From IMG/VR virus record IMGVR_UViG_2651869755_000020: a DNA stretch of 18,083 nt, one strand, 5' to 3'. The stretch comes from a virus. Taxonomy: Duplodnaviria; Heunggongvirae; Uroviricota; Caudoviricetes. Shown here piece after piece: positions 14,769 through 18,083 of the stretch. Both the position numbers and the translations under genes were made by a program. How positions within the stretch are numbered: the stretch's first letter is position 1; each line of letters starts with the position of its first letter. Under the pieces are notes generated by a model. It was given only the letters and a program-made list of their open reading frames with translations, made no database searches and had not been told where the DNA came from.

Positions 14769-16391
14769 ATGGGAAACCTGAATGAAACAGAAAAGTGGGA
14801 AGAAAAAATCTATCAACTGGAGACATCAGATCCGGTTCTGGGTGGTGCTGACGGGATATCAAATCGAGCCCCCCGGCAACTGGCAAACAGGACGAAATGG
14901 CTGAAGAAAAAAACGGAGGAAGCCGCACAGTCACTGGCTGAACACGTACGTTCCCGTAACCACCCGGACGCGACACTGACAGCTAAGGGGTTCACCCAAC
15001 TGAGCAGTGCCACCAACAGCACCTCTGAAACGCTGGCCGCCACACCAAAAGCCGTCAAGGCTGCATACGACCTTGCAGCCGGCAAGGCACCCGTCAGTCA
15101 CACTCACCCGTGGAGTCAGATAACGGGAGTGCCTGCTGCCTCGCTGACGGCAAAAGGCACCGTACAGCTGAGCAGTGCCACGGACAGTCAATCAGAAACT
15201 GAGGCTGCCACGCCGAAGGCTGTGAAAATCGCGTATGATCTGGCCCGGGGAAAATACACAGCCCAGGATGCAACAACGACCCGTAAAGGGATCGTACAAC
15301 TGAGCAGTGCCACCAACAGCACCTCTGAAACGCTGGCCGCCACACCAAAGGCCGTCAAGGCTGCATATGACCTGGCTGCCGGCAAGGCCCCCGTCAGCCA
15401 CACTCACCCGTGGAGTCAGATAACGGGAGTGCCTGCTGCCTCGCTGACGGCAAAAGGCACCGTACAACTGAGCAGCGCCACGGACAGTCAATCAGAAACT
15501 GAGGCTGCCACGCCGAAGGCGGTCAAGGCTGCATACGACCTTGCAGCCGGCAAGGCGCCCGTCAGCCACACTCACCCGTGGAGTCAGATAACGGGAGTGC
15601 CTGCTGCCTCGCTGACGGCAAAAGGCACCATACAATTGAGCAGTGCCATCAACAGCACGTCTGAAATACTGGCCGCCACACCGAAAGCGGTCAAGGCTGC
15701 ATACGATCTGGCAAACGGAAAACAACCGGCAGATGCCACGCTCACTGCTCTGGCAGGACTTGCCACTGCAGCAGATCGGTTGCCTTATTTTACCGGAGCA
15801 GACCGCGCAGCGCTGGCAACCCTTACAGCTATTGGTCGCGCTATTATCGCTAAGGGCAGTATAAAAGATGTCCTCAATTACCTTGGTTTGGGGGAAGGCT
15901 CTGCACTGCCTGTTGGTGTGCCTGTTCCATGGCCCACCGCCACACCGCCAGCAGGCTGGTTAAAGTGCGACGGGCGCGCCTTTACAAAAGAACAATATCC
16001 TGTTCTGGCCAGAGTCTACCCGACCCTCCGTCTTCCCGATTTGCGCGGTGAGTTTATCCGTGGATGGGACGACGGGCGCAAAGTTGATACGGGGCGTTCA
16101 TTGCTAAGTGGTCAGGCTGCAACATTTATTCGTACAGCTTTGCAGGATTATTACGGTTACGATCTGAATACTAATGTCAAAGTAGGTATCGCTTTTGCTA
16201 CTGCTGATTCTGTTATAACCGTTGGAAACCCAGCTAATCCTAAAGCAGGAAAAAATAGCGATTATGTTCCTGCATCAGCAGATAACTCTATAACGGGTAT
16301 TCAAAGGACAGCGGAGGATAATTTTACCGGGGCATGGATATCAATGCGCCCCCGCAATGTTGCGTTTAATTACATCGTAAGGGCCGCATAA
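14769..16391 (+). CDS. tail fiber protein with internal phage-fiber repeats and a C-terminal collar-type receptor-binding domain
   Basis: 540-aa ORF from ATG 14769 (GGGAG RBS about 10 nt upstream; the track starts at TTG 14763). Five copies of the motif LTAKG-x-QLSSAT-x-S-x-SET-x-AATPKAVK-x-AYDLA, typical of lambda Stf / Mu S / P2 H fibers. C-terminal region (PWPTATPPAGWLKCDGRAF...LPDLRGEFIRGWDDGR) resembles the phage tail collar domain. Confidence 0.85.
   Translation: MGNLNETEKWEEKIYQLETSDPVLGGADGISNRAPRQLANRTKWLKKKTEEAAQSLAEHVRSRNHPDATLTAKGFTQLSSATNSTSETLAATPKAVKAAYDLAAGKAPVSHTHPWSQITGVPAASLTAKGTVQLSSATDSQSETEAATPKAVKIAYDLARGKYTAQDATTTRKGIVQLSSATNSTSETLAATPKAVKAAYDLAAGKAPVSHTHPWSQITGVPAASLTAKGTVQLSSATDSQSETEAATPKAVKAAYDLAAGKAPVSHTHPWSQITGVPAASLTAKGTIQLSSAINSTSEILAATPKAVKAAYDLANGKQPADATLTALAGLATAADRLPYFTGADRAALATLTAIGRAIIAKGSIKDVLNYLGLGEGSALPVGVPVPWPTATPPAGWLKCDGRAFTKEQYPVLARVYPTLRLPDLRGEFIRGWDDGRKVDTGRSLLSGQAATFIRTALQDYYGYDLNTNVKVGIAFATADSVITVGNPANPKAGKNSDYVPASADNSITGIQRTAEDNFTGAWISMRPRNVAFNYIVRAA
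14976..15720 (+). repeat. in-frame direct repeats inside the tail fiber gene (five fiber-repeat units; two about 220-bp stretches nearly identical)
   Basis: Units start near 14976, 15144, 15281, 15445 and 15613. Stretches beginning CAACTGAGCAGTGCCACCAACAGCACCTCTGAAACG at 14997 and 15298 remain near-identical for about 220 bp. Confidence 0.85.
15881..15922 (+). repeat. left inverted repeat of the invertible cassette; overlaps a hix/gix-like crossover site (about 15871-15896, core TT at 15883-15884)
   Basis: CCTTGGTTTGGGGGAAGGCTCTGCACTGCCTGTTGGTGTGCC. Its reverse complement matches 16416-16457 at 40 of 42 positions. The half-sites around the TT core resemble the 12-2-12 recombination sites of Hin/Gin/Cin/Pin invertases. 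Confidence 0.7.
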
Positions 16392-16415
16392 AAACGTTGG
16401 TTTAGGAGAAGGCTC

Positions 16416-16457
16416 GGCACACCAACAGGCAATGCAGAGCCTTCCCCCAAACCAACG
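16416..16457 (-). repeat. right inverted repeat of the invertible cassette (core AA at 16454-16455), about 65 bp upstream of the invertase start
   Basis: GGCACACCAACAGGCAATGCAGAGCCTTCCCCCAAACCAACG is the reverse complement of the left repeat with 2 mismatches. Placement next to the invertase gene mirrors gixR/gin and hixR/hin. Confidence 0.7.
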
Positions 16458-16521
16458 TTTATCTCTCAAATCCTCCCCACATTATCTCAGTACTTTAACC
16501 ACTCAAAAGGGAGTATTTTTA

Positions 16522-17094
16522 ATGCTGATTGGCTACATACGTGTGTCAACAAATGACCAAAACACAGATTTGCAACGCAATGCATTAATGTGCGCAGGAT
16601 GTGAACAGATTTTTGAGGACAAAATGAGCGGAACCAAGTCGGAACGACCAGGCCTGAAACGCGCTTTAAAGTGCCTTAAAAGAGGGGATACATTGGTGGT
16701 CTGGAAGCTGGATCGGTTGGGTAGAAGAATGAAACACCTCATTGCTCTCACAGAAGAGCTACGCGCAAAAGGTGTCAATTTTCGCAGTCTGACGGATTCA
16801 ATCGATACCAGCACTCCGATGGGAAGGTTCTTTTTTCATATGATGGGTGCACTGGCAGAAATGGAGCGTGAACTGATAGTTGAGCGCACGCTGGCAGGAC
16901 TGGCTGCTGCGCGAGCACAAGGAAGAGTTGGAGGACGTCGCCCGAAACTGACGAAGGAGCAGCATGAGCAGATCGCAAGATTGCTCCAGAAAGGGTATGA
17001 CAGAAAGCGGCTGGCAATTATCTATGATATTGGACTGTCAACGATCTACCGCTACCACCCTGTTGGGACTGTCATAACGCAACCTGAAATGTAA
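16522..17094 (+). CDS. site-specific DNA invertase, serine recombinase of the Gin/Pin/Cin/Hin family
   Basis: 190-aa ORF from ATG 16522 (AAAGGGAG RBS). Begins MLIGYIRVSTNDQNTDLQRNAL..., with GDTLVVWKLDRLGR and the C-terminal HTH, near-identical in pattern to Gin/Pin as recalled. The track start at 16432 adds 30 non-conserved residues and overlaps the inverted repeat, so it is rejected. Confidence 0.9.
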   Translation: MLIGYIRVSTNDQNTDLQRNALMCAGCEQIFEDKMSGTKSERPGLKRALKCLKRGDTLVVWKLDRLGRRMKHLIALTEELRAKGVNFRSLTDSIDTSTPMGRFFFHMMGALAEMERELIVERTLAGLAAARAQGRVGGRRPKLTKEQHEQIARLLQKGYDRKRLAIIYDIGLSTIYRYHPVGTVITQPEM

Positions 17095-17172
17095 TTCTTT
17101 TTCAAATAATGAAACGCCGCGTGGATGCCATTTATCGCACAAGATAGAGTGCATTTATCGCGCGGCGCATCA
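17095..17172 (+). mobile_element. putative right terminus (attR end) of the Mu-like prophage with repeated transposase-binding-like motifs
   Basis: Two copies of GCATTTATCGC (17128-17141 and 17149-17163). Terminal sequence ...TTTATCGCGCGGCGCATCA ends in CA and matches my recollection of the Mu right end (...TTTTTCGTGCGCCGCTTCA) at about 15 of 19 positions. Host prpR coding sequence begins immediately after. Confidence 0.5.
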
Positions 17173-17710
17173 CGTCGGCGGGCATCAGCCTGTTCCGGTA
17201 GATGTACGGGTCATTAGCGCCACTCACTGCAATCTGGAAGAAGATATGCAGCAAGGACGTTTTCGCCGTGATCTGTTTTATCGGCTGAGTATTTTGCGTC
17301 TGCAATTGCCACCACTGCGCGAGCGGGTGGCGGATATTCTTCCGCTGGCGGAAAGCTTTTTGAAAGTGTCTCTGGCGGCGCTCTCCGCCCCATTTTCTGC
17401 TGCATTACGCCAGGGGTTACAGGCAAGTGAAACTGTGCTGCTGCACTACGACTGGCCAAGCAATATTCGTGAACTGCGCAATATGATGGAACGACTGGCG
17501 CTGTTTTTAAGTGTGGAACCGACGCCGGATTTAACGCCGCAGTTTATGCAACTGCTACTGCCGGAACTGGCGCGCGAGTCGGCGAAAACTCCCGCTCCAC
17601 GCTTACTGACACCACAACAGGCACTGGAGAAATTTAATGGCGATAAAACAGCAGCGGCGAATTATTTAGGCATCAGCCGGACGACGTTCTGGCGGCGGCT
17701 GAAAAGCTGA
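17173..17710 (+). pseudogene. prpR: 3' fragment (about 180 codons) of the sigma-54-dependent propionate regulator gene, cut by the prophage insertion
   Basis: The frame translates from about 17173 as ...VGGHQPVPVDVRVISATHCNLEEDMQQGRFRRDLFYRL..., the conserved end of a sigma-54 activator AAA+ domain, then a C-terminal Fis-type HTH (NYLGISRTTFWRRLKS). The same frame upstream of about 17170 is not activator-like. Convergent yahO follows after 97 bp, as in the E. coli yahO-prpR arrangement I recall. Confidence 0.7.
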
Positions 17711-17712
17711 AC

Positions 17713-17743
17713 TGCCGAATGCAGCGCGAACGCTTTATCCGGC
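17713..17743. repeat. REP-like palindromic element between the convergent prpR and yahO genes
   Basis: Reverse complement reads GCCGGATAAAGCGTTCGCGCTGCATTCGGCA, resembling the E. coli REP consensus (GCCGGATAAGGCGTTTACGCCGCATCCGGCA-type). Confidence 0.4.
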
Positions 17744-17807
17744 ATAAATTTCAATAGATGATCACCGATAAACTTACGCATCGGAGATGTTTACATAGGA
17801 TTCAGAA

Positions 17808-18083
17808 TTACTTCTTCTTATAAATATTTGCCGTGCCGTGGATCTTATTGTCAGTTTGACCGGAGGTCAGTACCAACACATCAGCCCCTTTTTCATCCGC
17901 TTTTTTGATCAAATCTTCTTTTGCATCTGCAGTCGACATTTCATTGCTGGTTGAAATATCACCTATTTTTTCATACTGCGATTCAACTTTTTCAAATTCC
18001 GCTTTGGTCATCAATTCAGCGGCATAGACATTGGTAACGGCTAACGCTAACGCACCGACTAACATTTTAGAGATTATTTTCAT
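17808..18083 (-). CDS. yahO: small periplasmic DUF1471 (YdgH/BhsA/McbA-type) protein
   Basis: 91-aa ORF with signal peptide ([21 protein letters not shown]) and the C-terminal motif [26 protein letters not shown] typical of DUF1471 proteins. Matches my recollection of E. coli YahO. Start codon is the last three bases of the window. Confidence 0.85.
   Translation of the reverse strand: MKIISKMLVGALALAVTNVYAAELMTKAEFEKVESQYEKIGDISTSNEMSTADAKEDLIKKADEKGADVLVLTSGQTDNKIHGTANIYKKK

Larger units (their letters stand above)
203..17172 (+). mobile_element. Mu-like transposable myovirus prophage, late morphogenesis arm through right terminus (left boundary lies outside the window or is interrupted by the IS)
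   Basis: Uninterrupted co-oriented block of head, tail and baseplate genes in Mu order (I-T-...-L-M-...-TMP-N-P-Q-V-W-R-S-invertase) with overlapping or tightly spaced start/stop codons. Terminus resembling the Mu right end at 17150-17172. Host gene fragment begins immediately after. Confidence 0.8.

Noticed and set aside
14813-15766. Series of 60-99 aa reverse-strand ORFs overlapping the tail fiber gene
   Set aside because: Antisense frames of a GC-rich repeated region. The peptides repeat each other, mirroring the fiber repeats. No independent evidence of coding.
15923-16415. Diversity-generating retroelement targeting the fiber tip
   Set aside because: No reverse transcriptase gene and no template-repeat/variable-repeat pair in the window. 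The fiber-associated repeats are recombinase sites, not TR/VR.
16432-16521. Upstream ATG at 16432 giving a 220-aa invertase
   Set aside because: The added 30 residues are not invertase-like and the start would lie inside the right inverted repeat. ATG 16522 has a good RBS and gives the conserved MLIGYIRVSTNDQ N-terminus.
203-17172. P2-like (integrase-type) prophage classification
   Set aside because: Several proteins resemble P2 U, X, D, V, W, J and I, but gene order (head genes, then sheath-tube-TMP, then baseplate, then fiber-invertase) and the terminus match the Mu arrangement. Insertion is inside a protein-coding gene rather than at a tRNA/att site.
17246-17710. 154-aa ORF as an intact small regulator gene
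   Set aside because: It is only the first-ATG-delimited tail of the prpR reading frame. Recognisable sigma-54 activator sequence continues upstream to the prophage junction at about 17172, so it is a truncated gene fragment.

Overview
This window is the late (morphogenesis) arm and right terminus of a Mu-like transposable myovirus prophage, inserted into the host sigma-54 regulator gene prpR next to yahO (an E. coli-type chromosomal context). All calls are from reading the sequence and recalled protein-family patterns; no searches were run. Gene order on the + strand is Mu-like: protease/scaffold, major head, three small head/neck genes, sheath, tube, a small unknown ORF, tail assembly chaperone with an overlapping second frame, tape measure protein (three 261-bp tandem repeats), gpU/N-like, X-like, D/P-like, V-, W-, J- and I-like baseplate genes, a repeat-rich tail fiber, and a Gin/Pin/Hin-family DNA invertase. 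The prophage ends at about 17172 with a terminus resembling the Mu right end, 78 bp after the invertase stop. The left edge carries the start of an IS-type transposase helper gene on the opposite strand, abutting the protease/scaffold gene. The most unusual feature is a minimal invertible cassette of about 570 bp, bounded by 42-bp inverted repeats, that holds only one tail-fiber distal domain; inversion is predicted to truncate the fiber (an ON/OFF switch). A second, back-to-back recombination-site-like palindrome sits just before the invertase gene. I do not see a clear novel defence or toxin system; the small ORF between tube and chaperone and the reduced invertible cassette are the best candidates for something undescribed.
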